Shown: positions 47,111 to 60,409 of the stretch, in pieces | Layout of the letters: the number at the start of each line of letters is the position of its first letter | Numbering within the stretch: position 1 is the stretch's first letter | Translations under genes and position numbers: made by a program | NCBI RefSeq assembly: GCF_009914755.1 | Contig: NC_060928.1 | Length of the DNA: 64,000 nt | Direction: 5' to 3' (one strand) | Source: the human T2T-CHM13v2.0 reference genome, Homo sapiens | The notes under the pieces: model-generated | The model's database searches: none | The model's input: the letters and a program-made list of their open reading frames with translations, nothing else | What the model was told of the DNA's origin: nothing

Positions 47111-47149
47111 AAAGTAGATACCACTAATCTGTCTCTCCTTTTTAAAATC

Positions 47150-50030
47150 AACCTTGAGATTAAACAATTGCATTATCTTATCTTTGAAAAAACTTTCTTT
47201 ATAACATCGGTATTTGAAATTATAACTTTTAACAAACACTGCTTTAGCCATATCTCACATTTTAAAAATCTTTTCATTATTTAATTATCATTTAGTGAAA
47301 ATATGTTCCATTTATTTATCTTCACCCCATGGGTTATTTAGAAGTATGAATAACCACACATGATGCAAACACCAGGGGCAGGAATCACAGGGCTTCTTTA
47401 AAATCTGTCTGCCACAGTCTATATCTTAAATATTTTGTGTTTCATGAAGCCTAGAAATATCTGTCTTTTAAGTGTTAATACATTTACATTTAAGGTAGTA
47501 TTATTATCGTGTGTTTCAGTCTATGTTTATTTTAAAAATACTTTTGGTCCTCATTTTTTTCTTTCTTTCCTGGGATCATTTAGATGACTTATAATTTTCA
47601 GTATTCAATTTTTTATCTCATATTGCTTTTAACAATATCTCTTTATGTTACTTTGTAAATGTTGTTCTATGACTACAATATACATGTTTAACTTATCATA
47701 GGCTTTCTTCAAATAATATTGTACTATTTCACAAACAGTGTAAGAACTTTATAATCGTTAATTACCTTTATCCTTTGTAACCTTTGAGCACTTCTCATCC
47801 TGTATTTTAATTCTATACATGTAAAGTTCAGAAGTTTAACCTATTTGTCACAACCACAACTTTCAAGTGGCATCTGCCTTGCATTATTTGTAAAACTAGT
47901 GTACCTTGAAGGATTTCTCTCAAGTCCTTCAAATTAAATAAAGTAATAATTTTTACTTTTAAGAAATGCTGATTCTATATCTACTGGGGTAGGCTTACAG
48001 TCTTCTCCTTTCATCTGTTATTGAACTACATTAATATGTTATATTATTTTAAATCATTCTTACATTTATTGTGAATAAAACAATGTGCTCTACACTGTAT
48101 ATTTGTTTATATGGTATTGAATTTGATTTGCTAACATTGTGTTTAGTACATTTGTTTTATGCTTGTGAATGATATTGAGTTGTAATTTTTCTTTCTCTCA
48201 TTATTTATTTCTGGTTTTGATAGTAAGCTAGACTAAGTTTATAAAATTTGTTGAGGGAGCTTTCTCTTTTTCTAATACCTGCAATAGATGTATAAGATTC
48301 CAATTATCTATTCAGTAGAAGTTTTGTAGAACTCTAAAACTTTCTGGGGATGATCATTTGTAATTGAATAGATTACTATCTATTGATTCCATTTATTTAT
48401 TGGTAATAGGACTATAACAGTTGTCTAGTTTTTTTTTTTTGAGTCAGTTTTGATGAGTTGTATCTTTTCCCTAGGTAAGTTTCCACAATGACTAAATTTT
48501 ACCAATTTACTTAAAATCATTATTTAAAGTTAGACATAATTGTCCCGCACTTCTAAGATGTTGCTTCATCTAACATCCTATTTTTTATTCTTAAAATTGT
48601 ACCTTCTAAGACTTTTCTTGATGAATGTCACAAAAGGTATTTATGTAATCAGTCATGTAAAAGAAACAATTTATTTGTATATTCTTTTCTCTTTATATTA
48701 TTTTTCTACTTTATTTGGTTTAATCTTTTGTTACTTTGCTAACATCTTAAGTTGATTGCTTTGTTCATTCATATAAAGTCCCTTTACATGTAAGGTGATA
48801 TGTGAGGTAAAAACTCTACTACTAAGTATTTCTTTACCTGCCCCTCGCAAGTTTTGATTCAAAGTATTTTTGTAATTGATCACTTCTCATTTATTCCTGT
48901 TTCCATTATAATTTCTTATTTGACCAACGACTGACTTAGTGTGCTCTAAAATTTAATTGTGTCTTTTTAAAATGTAATCTTTTACGGTCAGTTTCTACAG
49001 TAATACTAGCCCAGTATTCAGATATGTGGTCTCTATGACAATAAAATTTATTTATGTCCTGGTGTAACATTAAATTATGCAAACTGTCCGTGTAAACTTA
49101 AAAATGTGTTTTTCCCAGCTACTGGAATAATGAATTACTCAAGTACATTAAATTGAAGTTGTCAGTTGGATTTTTCAAACATACATCTTTACCAATTGTT
49201 TATCTAAATTATCTATTAATTATTGAGAGAAGTGTGTTTAGGTTTTACAATTTCTCTGAGGCTTTTTCCAAATTTTGATTTTATATATATAATTGGTGCT
49301 ATATAATTAGATGCATACAAGTTTAAACATTTTACCTTCTCTTAGTGAATTGAATCTTTCAACATTATATAGTAATCTCCTTTAATCTAATAATTCTTTT
49401 CACTTTAATGGTTACATTGTCTGACATTAATGTAGTCCCTACAGCTTTTTTTAGTAAATATTCACAGGGCATATGTATGTTTGTTCAATCCTTCTACTTT
49501 TAAATTATCTGTATCTTTATCCTAGGTTCATGTTTTAGAAATAATATATAGCTGTATTTGTTTTTTTCTATGTATCTGAATTTTACCAAATTTGGTCCAT
49601 ATACATAATGTTATTAGTGACATATTTGGAATTACTTCTAGCCTCTTTTTGCACTTTCTCTTTGCCCTTTTTCTTCCATGCATGTTTAATTTACTAAAGT
49701 TGAAATATAATCAATGTCTTTAACCTTTTCTAAAAAATTAAAAACACTTTAATTCTAAATTCCTTCCTTCAGTTGTACCTATTGTTTTAACATTTAATTT
49801 TGTCATGTTTTAATGCCCCTCTCCCACTGGATATTATTTCACAGCAATCTTTGTTTATTTATATTCCATTTAATTTATCACTATTCCTTTTAACATTTCA
49901 TATTTTTCTCTGGGTTTATTTTTGAAGTAAATAGAAAACATCTATATTTTGCTAATCAGAAAATGTCTCCATGTTGCTTTTGATCTTGAATGATCATTTA
50001 ACTGACCTTAAGTAATGAATTCCTTTTTTT
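47150..50030 (-). mobile_element. Mosaic of old antisense L1M fragments
   Basis: T-rich degenerate L1 blocks (aacactgctttagccatatctcaca, gaatttgatttgctaacatt, tatctattaattattgagagaagtgtgtt, tgtctgacattaatgtag). Confidence 0.6.
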
Positions 50031-50271
50031 TCAATTCACGCAGAGATCAGATTTTTTTGTTTTTGATTTTTCCTCTTGACCTTTTCACTGGGGATAAAAA
50101 TCACTTGAAGGATTCAATTTCATGTGGTAGTCTTGGTTTCAGCTCCTCACCATGCCTTGTCTTTCTTTCCCAGATATGACTGCAGAAACATGAGGCCCTG
50201 GGTTATCCACAGATCTGCAGATGTGGATACATACCCACAGATGTCCCAGTAGTATATTCTGGCTTCATGCC

Positions 50272-50647
50272 TGATACGGTTTGCTATGTCCCCACCCAAA
50301 TCGCGTCTTGAATTGTAGTTCCCATAATCCCCACTTGTTGTGGGAGGGACCGGGTGGAGATAATTGAAACATGGGGGCGGTTTCCCCCTTCCCTTCTTGT
50401 GATAATGGGTTAGTTCTCATGAGAGCTGATGGTTTTATAAGGGGTTTCTCCTTGCCCGGGGCACTCATTCTTCTCCTTCTTGCTGCCAGATGAAGAAAGA
50501 CATGTTTGCTTCCCCATCCGCCATGACTGTAAGTTTCCTGAGTCTTCCCCAGCCATGCTGAACTGTGAGTCAATTAAACCCCCTTCCTTTATAAATTACC
50601 CAGTATCGGGTGTGTCTTTATTAGCAGTGTGAGAACAGATGAATACA
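50272..50647 (+). mobile_element. THE1C-like solo LTR
   Basis: tgatacggtttgctatgtccccacccaaatc...ccagccatgctgaactgtgagtcaattaaacc...gaataca. Confidence 0.92.
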
Positions 50648-50829
50648 TGCTTTCTTACTGTTCTAGTCTGTGCTCACTTTTTGGTTTTGGCTTCTACTGA
50701 TTGTCTATACTCCCTGTGATCATAGTTTTATATTTTTTAAATGTTTCTTTTATTTTTTCCAGAACTTATGAATGATTATACTGAGAGTATTTTTCAAGCT
50801 ATGAATGTTATGTTATATTGCCTAATTTA

Positions 50830-51430
50830 ACAATTTTTTAATGTCCACCTCCTTCTCATTTCCTCTGTTATTGAGCTTAAGTTCCACAACCCATTATTAT
50901 TAATGACCTTCTTGCACACACCATCTATTCCCTTGTTCCCTTTTCTCTCTGTCACAGAGGAGTGGCAAAATCGCAGGCCTGATTACACAAATCCCATCTG
51001 CTTCAGCAGCATTATATTTCTATACAACTGTGCTGATTGGGCATGCTTTAAATTTATGACAGCAAGCCTTAAGTAATACATCAAGGCCCAGCAATCTTTC
51101 TACATTTCCATAGTCAACTGCCTCTTCCATTCTCTAGAAAGACACATTTGCATGTTCTTCTTCATTTTTTTTCCAAGTCATTAACACACTTATAGCTGAT
51201 GACTTGGCATCTTCTTTCACTGAATAAAAAGATCAAAAAAATAACCTAATCCTTCCCAGCATCATATCTCCTGATGTTCCTACATCTTTCGCAATTCACA
51301 CCACCTTTCCTCCCATTACAGCAGGTGAACTTCACTTGTTCCTGCCTAGTGACATTTCTCTCATTTGTGCGTTAGATCCCCTCTCCCTTCAACATTAATA
51401 TCCCTTTATCTTTACTATAATAGCTGTGAT
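50830..51430 (+). mobile_element. L2 ORF fragment
   Basis: gctgattgggcatgctttaaatttatgac, gctgatgacttggcatcttctttcactga, catttgtgcgttagatccc. Confidence 0.6.
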
Positions 51431-51724
51431 AAACAAGATGCCATAGCTCTCTGCTTAATGTCACTATGACAACTCTCTAGCATAGCATTAAGAAATGAAG
51501 GCATATGGCCAGAGAGTATATTGAGATATGAACATGCTCCACACTGCCTAGCCTCAAATATTTATAGTGCAGGAGAGACAATGTCTGCAAAATCTTAAGT
51601 AATGTTTGTGCTTTCTTTCTTTAAAAATTTGAAATAAGTTTAGGCCTAGAGAAAATAATAATCTTTTTCTACAGATGCAGCTGAACCTATTGGATATCTA
51701 CAAAACAAAATAATTTCTTTACAA

Positions 51725-51994
51725 GAAACTTAGTCTTTTACCCATTGAATTATCTTGGTACATTTGTTGAAAACCAGTTGATAGTAAATACACACGATTA
51801 TTTTGGACTTTCCGCTATGTTCCATTGATCTATGTGCCTATCTTTGTGCCAAGGCTACATTGGATTAATTGCTGTGTCTATATGATAAATTTGGAATTGA
51901 ATATTGTAAGTCCTCTAAATTTGATCTCCTTTTTCAAAATTATTTTGGCTATTGTTTATATTTTCAGATATATTAGGGCAGCTTGCTTGTTTTG

Positions 51995-52027
<33 letters not shown>

Positions 52028-52460
52028 GTAGCTTTTCAATAGAGATTTATTTGAATTTATAAATTAATTTTAGTGGAATTAACATCTTAGCAGTATTGAA
52101 TACTCCAATCCTTGAATATTTTTTGTTTCTCAATCACTTCAGATTTTTAAAAAATTTCCCTCAGCAATGTATTGTAGTTTTCGGTGTATAAGTGTTGCAA
52201 TTGTTTTATTAAATTTATTTCTAAATTCTTTGTGATGCTATTATGAATAAAATTTTTCTCAATTTTGTATTTAGATTTTTTGCTATTAGAATATGATAAA
52301 AAGTAGTTTTTTGTATATTGATCTTGTATCCTGCAACCTTGCTGAGTCCACTTACTTGTTCTAGTAGTATTTTTGTGAATTCCTTGGGAGTTTCACATAT
52401 AGGATCATGCTGTCTATAAATAGAGTTTTTTTTCTTTCCAAACTATTTGTCTATAGTTTT
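51725..52460 (-). mobile_element. L1M (MB/MC/ME) ORF2 fragment with an (AC)14 run at 51997-52025
   Basis: ttccattgatctatgtg, aattaacatcttagcagtattgaa, tgtatattgatcttgtatcctgcaaccttgct. Confidence 0.8.
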
Positions 52461-52495
52461 CTCTTTCTTTATACTTTTTTTTCTCTTTCTTTTCT

Positions 52496-52526
<31 letters not shown>

Positions 52527-52597
52527 TTTCTTTTCTTTCTCTTTCTTTCTTTTCCTTCTTTCTTTCCTTATTTCCTTTCTTTCTTTCTTTCATTTCT
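52457..52597. repeat. (TTTC)n pyrimidine-rich STR
   Basis: Read directly. Confidence 0.9.
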
Positions 52598-52619
52598 TAA
52601 AATAATTTTGTGCACTGCT

Positions 52620-52830
52620 TGTGTTTGAATACTGGCTTCACCACATACTAAATTAGCCTAGGGCAAGTTACTTTACCTCTTGGAATTGCCATTTCCCTCT
52701 CTATAAAATTAGTTTAATTAATATTAGAAAATACCTCAAAGTGTTACTATGCAGATCAAATGGTTAAACATATATAAAATGATAGAATAATATGTGTTAT
52801 TCTGTACCTTCTCAATAAATAATAGTTGTT
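52620..52830 (+). mobile_element. MIR
   Basis: gggcaagttactttacctct...tttccctctctataaaat...ctcaataaataatagttgttatt. Confidence 0.7.
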
Positions 52831-53367
52831 ATTTAACTGCAAGCATGTTGTTAATTGTGTCTATAGGCAATATCACCTGGCTGACTTCTTTTAAATGTCC
52901 TTGGCCTCAACTCCCAAAACTTCACAATAGCCAGGTTTATAGCTTCTTTGAGATTAGGCTTCAGGCTTCATCCAGTGTCAAAGTGAGTATATTTGAAACC
53001 AGTCTTTTTCAGCTATACCTCTCATATCTAAAATCCACTATCACAGAAAGGCAAAAAAAATTGACAGTCAAATGTAATTTCTCAAGAACATTTATAGTGT
53101 ATAATAATTCAAAAATTCCCTTTTTTATTATTATCATCTGTGAATAAAATGAACATCTGTGAATAAACAGAGAAAGAAAGAAAGTGAAGTTAACCTAAGA
53201 ACATTCAATAAATTTTGCTTCTTAGAGCAATGAAAGTAATACATCTAAAATACAAGTGGTTGAATAGAATATAGAAAATAGACATCACATCATGGTATTA
53301 TTTTAATAAATGGTTGCATTTACTTATTTGGGGAAACATAATTTTAATTAGAAAAAATGTCTGAAGT

Positions 53368-55953
53368 TGTATTAGTCCATTTTTGCATTGCTATAAAGAA
53401 CTACCTGAGACTGGGTAATTTATAAAGAAAAGAGGTTTAATTGACCTGTAGCTCTGTAGGCTGTACAGGAAGCATGGCTGGGGATGCCTTGGAAAATTTA
53501 TAATCGTGGCGGAAGGCAAAGGGAAGCAGGCACATCTTACATGGTTATAGTAGGAAGAAGAGAGAGATGAAGGGGGAGGTGCTACACACTATTAAACATG
53601 GCTATAGTAGGAAGGTGCTACACGCTATTACGTGGCTATAGTAGGAAGGAGAGAGAGATGAAGGGGGAGGTGCTACACACTATTAAACAACCAGATCTCA
53701 TGAGAACTAACTCACTATCATGAGAACAGCAAAGGAGAAATCTGCCCCCATGATCAAATTACCTCCTGCAATATCCCTCCCCCAACACTGGGGATTATAA
53801 TTCAACATGAGATTTGGGTGGGAACACAAATCAAACTATATCATTCTGCCCCTTGTCCCTCCCAAATCTCCTGTCTTTCTCACATTTCAAAATATAATCA
53901 TGTCTTCCCAACAGTCCCCCAAAGTCTTACCTCATTCTGGCATTAACTCAAAAGTCCACAGTCCAAAGTCTCATCTGAGGAAATGCAAATTCCTTATGTC
54001 TATAAGCCTGTAAAAATAAAAAAGTTAGTTATGTCCAAGATGCAATTGCAATATAGGCATTGGTTAAATAGTCCTTTTCCAAAAGGGAGAAAGCAGCCAA
54101 AACAAAGGAGCTACAGGCCCTATGCAAATCCAAAACCTAGCAGGGCAGTCATTAAATCTCAAAGCTTCAAAATAATCCCCTTTGACTCCATGTCTCACAT
54201 TCAGGCAACACTGATGAAAGGAGCAGGCTCCCAACTCCTTGGGCAGCTCTGCCCCCAAGGCCATGTGGGGCACAGCTCCTATGACTGTCTTCATTGTCTA
54301 GTATTCAGTATCTGTGGCTTTTTCAGGAGCATGGTTGCAAGCTGTCAGTGTATCTACCATTCTGTGGTCTGGAGGATTGTGGCACTCTTCTCACAGCCCT
54401 ACTAGGCAGTACCCCAATGGGGATTCTGTGTCAGGCTCCAACCGCATGCTTCCCCTCTGCACTGCCCTAGAAGAGGTTCTCCATGAGGGCTCCACTGCTG
54501 TAGCAGACTTCTGCTTTTCCATACATACTCTGAAATCTAAGCAGATGCTCCCAAGCTTCAACTCTTGCCCTGTGCACACCTGCAGGTTTAACACCACATG
54601 GAAGCCTTGGCGGATTCCAGCTTGCACCCTCTGGAGCAGTGGCCTGAGGCATATCTGGGTCCCTTTTAGTCACAGGTAGAGTTTGAGCAGCTGAGGAACA
54701 GGGAATGGTGACCCTAGGTTGCACAGAGCAGCAGGACCCTGGGCCCTGCCCACAAAAGCATTCTTCCCTCCTATGCCTCTGGGCCTGTAATGGGAGGGGC
54801 TGCCACAAAGGTCTCTGAAATGCCTTTTGAGGCATTTTCCCCATTGTCTTAGTTATTAAAATTTGACTCCTCTTTACCTATGCAAATTTCTGCAGTGGGC
54901 TTGAATTCCTCCCCAGAAAATGTTTTTTCTTTTTTTACTACATGGTCATGCTGAAAATTTTCGAAGTTTTATGCTCTGCTTCCCATTTAAGGTCCAGTTT
55001 CAAATCATCTCTTTGCTCACACAAATGACAATATATTGCTAGAAGCAGCCAGGCCAGGTCTTGAATACTTTGCTGCTTAGAAATTTCTTCCACCAGATAC
55101 CCTAAATCATCATTCTCACATTCAACACTCCACAGATCCATAGGGCAGGAGCACAATGTTGCCAGTATCTTTGCTAAAGCACAGCAAGAGTGACATTTAC
55201 CTCAGTTCCCAGGAAATTCCTCATCTCCATCTGAGACCACCTCAGCCTGGACTTCATTGTTCATGTCACTATCAGCATTTTGGTCATAGCAATTTAACAA
55301 GTCTCTAGGAAGTTCCAAACTTTCCCTCATCTTCCTGTCTTCTTCTGAGCTCTCCACGCTGTTTCAACCTCTGCCCGTTACCCAGTTCTGAAGCTGCTTC
55401 CACATTTTTAGGTATCTTTATAGCAATGCCCCTCTTCCAGGAACCAATTTTTTGTATTATTCCATTTCCACATTGCTATAAAGAACTACACGAGACTGGA
55501 TAATTTATAAAGAAAAGAGATTTAATTTACTCATGGTTCCACAGGCTGTACAGGAAGCGTGGCTGGGGAATGCTTCAGGAAACTTACAATCATGGCAAAA
55601 GGTGGAAGGGGAAGCTGGCACATCTTACAAGGCCAGAGAAAGAGGAAAAGAACTTCTACTAGGGCAGTGCAGGGAAGCATGCCTGGAGATGCCTCAGGAA
55701 ACTTACTGTCATGGCGGAAGGTGAAGGGGAAGCAGCCACATCTTACATGGCCAGAGAAGGAGGAAGAGAGTGAAGCAGGGAGTGCCACACAGTTTTAAAC
55801 AACTAGATCTCATGAAAACTTACACTATCACAGAAATAGCAAGTGGAAATCTGCCTCCATGATCCAATCACCTTCCACCATGCACCTCCCCCAACATTGG
55901 GGATTATAATTTGACATGAGATTTGGGTGAGGACACAAATCCAAACCGTATCA
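53368..55953 (-). mobile_element. MSTA-like MaLR provirus: LTR 53368-53843, internal 53844-55452, LTR 55453-55953
   Basis: Two related LTRs (tgtatta...tatca); the polypurine tract reads ttctgccccttgtccctccc next to the left LTR; about 1.6 kb of MST/THE1-type internal sequence. No clear TSD. Confidence 0.93.
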
Positions 55954-57855
55954 AAGGCTGTTCCAAAAATTTGGCTCAGTTTGTTTTCCATTTTTCTACA
56001 TACTTTCTAATTATAACATATCATGTTATTTTGTAAACCATACAGGAATATAGCACTTGCTACAACTTTGAAAAACTGAAAAATGTTAACTGTATTCCCA
56101 ACAACAATGTTATAAATGGGTTTTAACCTACTCTCTCTATAGTTTGTTTTGAAAAAATTAAATATTACATAACATCCATAGGATTAAAGAATAGTTTGCA
56201 AATTTATAAAATGGAGTTTGGCTCCTAGTTCTATTTTGAAGAAAAATAATTTGTTATCTGAAATTTAATCCCAATTTTGTAAGCTGAGCTATTGATGAGA
56301 TAAATTGGGAAACACTGTACACTGAAGCGCTCTTCAAAGGTTTACAAAGAGCATTAGCATATTAAAGTAAATTTCCTAGGCAAAATGCCAGTGTTAAAAG
56401 GAAAAAAAAAAAAGAATAGATTTTCTTGGTGAAATTTCTGGACAGAATAAAATGGTGGGTCAGATTATATTGAATGTCTATCTACTCTACTGTATCACCT
56501 AGCTAATCTATGGCTTGATTGCAAATAACATTTTATAATATTAGTAACTGAATATGGGTCCTTGCTATGCTTTGCAGAACATAAATTCAAACATAATTAT
56601 TGAAATTGATTAGTAGGAATTAACAATCATATAGAAAAAACAGCTCAACTAAATTAAACACATATGTGCAGTTACCAAATAAATATAGTTGCTAAAGCAA
56701 TGTAGCTTATGTATTCCCAATTCTTCTATTTCCATAAAGGGGAGAAAATTTCCAATATCGTTCCAGGAAGAAAATGTATAAAATGGATCCATTCAATTTC
56801 TCCCTGCCTGCTAGTTCATTTCTCCCTGAGAGAGGAAGAATGATTTTTTCATTTGATAAATTTGGGAGAAAGAGCTGAGCATGCTCAGATAATCTCAATC
56901 CACAGTCATCTCCCATGTATCCCAGATCTGGCCACTTGCAGATGTGAGTACGTTTAGGGTTGTTGGTTACACAAACTGCATGACTGCACAACTTGTCAAC
57001 AGTATCTGTAGTTTTTGTGGGCAGCATCTAGGCTTCCTAAGCAACAGCTGTGTGGCCCCATCAAGGTTGATCTTGGCCTGACCTCATAGGTGCATCATTG
57101 ACCTAGGGAGGCACAACTCCTTACTCTTCTGGTTGCATTGATTTCCACTTCACTATACAATCTTTTGTCCTGAATATATGAAAATTCCATCTAATTTCTG
57201 ATCCTTCTTGCATAAAAACAAGAGGAATCAGGCATGTCCTTGGTGTGCTATGAACATAGATTATATTAGCCCAAATCAGGGAAAATACCACATGGCATAA
57301 AGCCTTGATGTACAGCCTGTCGAATAGCACATAAAAATGGATATATAAATACATTTGAAAGATGCCAGGTGCTATATAAACATAAGACATTATTGTTGTT
57401 GTTATTCATACTTTATTTATAAAATTATTTGGGTTATTTTAAATTAAAATATGGGTTTAAATTTTGCTATTTTGAGCTTTCAGTTCAAGAGGATTTTATA
57501 CATTGGCAAAAATCACCTACCTGGCCCTTACAAGGTTGCTGTGATTGTGCCACTTCGACTCACAGCCAGACTTTATTGAATCGGTTCCTTCATTTGGACC
57601 TTGTTTCCAAGGCCCTAATTTTCTGGCTCAGTTCAGGTTCAAAGATTTGTCAGACAACAATATCTGGCAATTCTAGAGCAGAAAAGGCCCAAAGCTAAAT
57701 AGAATTGAGAAATCTCATAGGATTTCCATGCCAGGGCTTTCTGGAAAGGGAAAAGTTTTTCAAAAAAGAAGAAGAAGGAGTAATGCATTCTTTTCTCCTG
57801 GAGACAGATTAGGACCTCCTTGCTTCGTACCTCTTTCTGCCATGCACCATAACAA

Positions 57856-57857
<2 letters not shown>

Positions 57858-57899
<42 letters not shown>
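57858..57899. repeat. (AC)21 microsatellite
   Basis: Perfect run, likely length-polymorphic. Confidence 0.95.
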
Positions 57900-57902
<3 letters not shown>

Positions 57903-59119
57903 TGCACTTTTAACATTAACACATTGCTTAATAATTAATTCTCCTCTGGATCACAAGCAACCTAAGGGGAATACTTCAAGAAAGAAAAGAAACTGAACAC
58001 TGATGCTTGTAAGATGATTCCAGCAACATATTAAGAAAAATTGTGTGGGTTTTTTTTTTGTAAATGGGTTTTGTGAAACCATTAAGAATGTTTGAGCTAA
58101 GAGGTATTGAAATTCTCAATGTATTCAATGTATTTAGAGAATTTCCTGTTTTGAAAAAATTACTTTAGTACAAACTAAATATACCAATATACTTAAAGGC
58201 TAAAATCTTTGAAGTCTGGTTTACAGAAAAATAAACTATATTTATCTTATATACATCCTTTGTGCCTTTGGAATGAAACAATTTTGGCTACATGATACTC
58301 TCTTAATCCATGTGGAAGGACCCTCCTCCAACAAAGAAGACAGAGAGAGGGCAATGTAGAGGATGATTCTGAATCAGTTAGTGGTGGCACTGACAAATAT
58401 TGAGGAACATGCAGGGGAGCGAGCTCTACCTCTCCCCCTTTCTTCACTTATAACCTTATTATTATTATTTGGTTTCATGGATGTAAAGCCAGTATCCACG
58501 TTCTGTGTAGGAAGCAAATTGAAATAAAGCATGGGTGGGTGAGGCTCACCATGGGCTGAGGAACTCATTAGGTTTTCATAGATTTTCGTGTTTTAAAAAA
58601 TTGCTTTACTACAAAGTAAATATACCATGTCAGACTCTTCCATGCTGTCTCTGGTATATAGGAAATGAGATAGATGAGGCCTGGACCCAAACTGTAGTTG
58701 GCCCATCTGCTTCTGAAGCTTAAGCAGTGCCTTAAGGGGGCTACTAATTAGTAGGATGAAGGAGAAAATGATATCATTACCTGAAATGCTAGTCATCAGA
58801 CTCTGCTGCCAACTTGCTATTTTCCTGAAATCACACCTCAGTGTTGATGATGAGCTTTCCTGTTATGAATGCTTTCATACTTGGCAAGTTTCTACACACT
58901 CACACAACACTGTTACATGCTATTTCAAATGACCTTTTATCTAAATTCTTGTCCTTCAACAAAAACAGTTGTCATTTTTATTACATGGGCCGCTCCTGTC
59001 ACTAACTGCTATCATGAATTATAGGGTCAATTTCTTCACTGCATATACCTGTTACTTCTTCACCTTTCTCATGGGGCTCATGTGATTGAGGCCCCCACAA
59101 AAGGTAAAAGTACCATCCA

Positions 59120-59220
59120 ACCAGAATGGAGCTCCACCAGAGCTGGGATCTTTGTTTTGTTGACTGATGTAGCTCAAGAGCATGATATATTGTAGGTGTT
59201 CAGTAAATATTTGTTGCTGT
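59120..59220 (+). mobile_element. L2 3' end
   Basis: agaatggagctccaccagagctgggatc...gtaggtgttcagtaaatatttgttg. Confidence 0.7.
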
Positions 59221-60409
59221 ATATTCTATTGTTTATTTTTAAGTGCATTTTTATTCTATGACTATTTTTTGTTCAGTACTGCGAGGCGCTGCACAGCCAG
59301 ATTTTGATCTATTCTTCTCCACCAAGCTCATTCCTGCCCCCCCAACTCTGGCAGGACATACACATTACCAAACAGTGAAGTCCCCTCAAAGTTCCTGCTC
59401 ACTCACACCCCTTTGCTTTGTTAAGGACCTCTAGTCTAAATGGTTTCTAGTGGTAAATATGTTTTAAAATACCAACTCTTACACTTTTTAAATAAATACT
59501 TTTCAATGACAAAGAAGTGTTTGAAACAGATTATATGGACTTTAATTGCTGGGAGAACCTTAGCAATCATCTAATTCAAAATCTTTTTTCAGATGAGTAA
59601 TCAGTCATAGACAGCTTCAAAAAAATTTATTGACTGTCCCATTGTTATTAGTAATTTTTCCATAAATAATTGTTGCTTAATTGATTCTAGAAATAGAGAA
59701 GTACCTCATCTTTTTTACATACAAATTCCAGAACATTTATAAAAACATATCCTAAACTGAAACCAGACTTCTTTATAATTTAGTCTAGGAAGGCCAAGAA
59801 ATAAAGGACTTATATGCCTGGTGTGTGTTATAAGAATGTAAGAATTGAGTTCAGGAAAATTAAGCAAAAAATCCCTCTATGCTCCTGACATTGTAGCTTC
59901 TGCTTCCAAGAGCTTCAGGCTATTTTTCTTCCACTGGGAAGACAAATGTTTATTAAATATCTTCAATTAAGTGTAACATGAGGGTTTAAACGGACTCAAA
60001 TTTTCAAAATTATACCTTAATTTCGTAGCTTGATAAGAATTTGCTTCAATTAAATAGCATCACATTTAGCTAGCAGCAGGAACAAGCAAACAAAATTGAT
60101 GGCGATTAAATGTATATTTAAAAATACTTTCTGTGCCTTCAATTTTTTTGTAAGGTTCTAAATGAATATAAAGATGAATGAGTAAAACTCTGTTTCAGGA
60201 AGCCTAGAATATATTAGCATGGATAAAGAACACCTCTAATAGCATTGTAAGACAGAAAATTAAGCGGTATACCATGAGTGGCTTTAACTTGTGGCTCTGA
60301 TTTGGGGATGAGCTGAGAATGAGTCTAAGCATATGGTTGGTCTGGCTAAAACAGAAGCTAAGAGGGGAAAAAAGAGAGAAGAGAAGAAATCAAAGCCCAG
60401 TCCATTACC

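Noticed and set aside
53983-55156. Several 70-140 aa ORFs in the MaLR internal region
   Set aside because: Chance or broken frames of a decayed MST internal sequence; no intact gag-like ORF.
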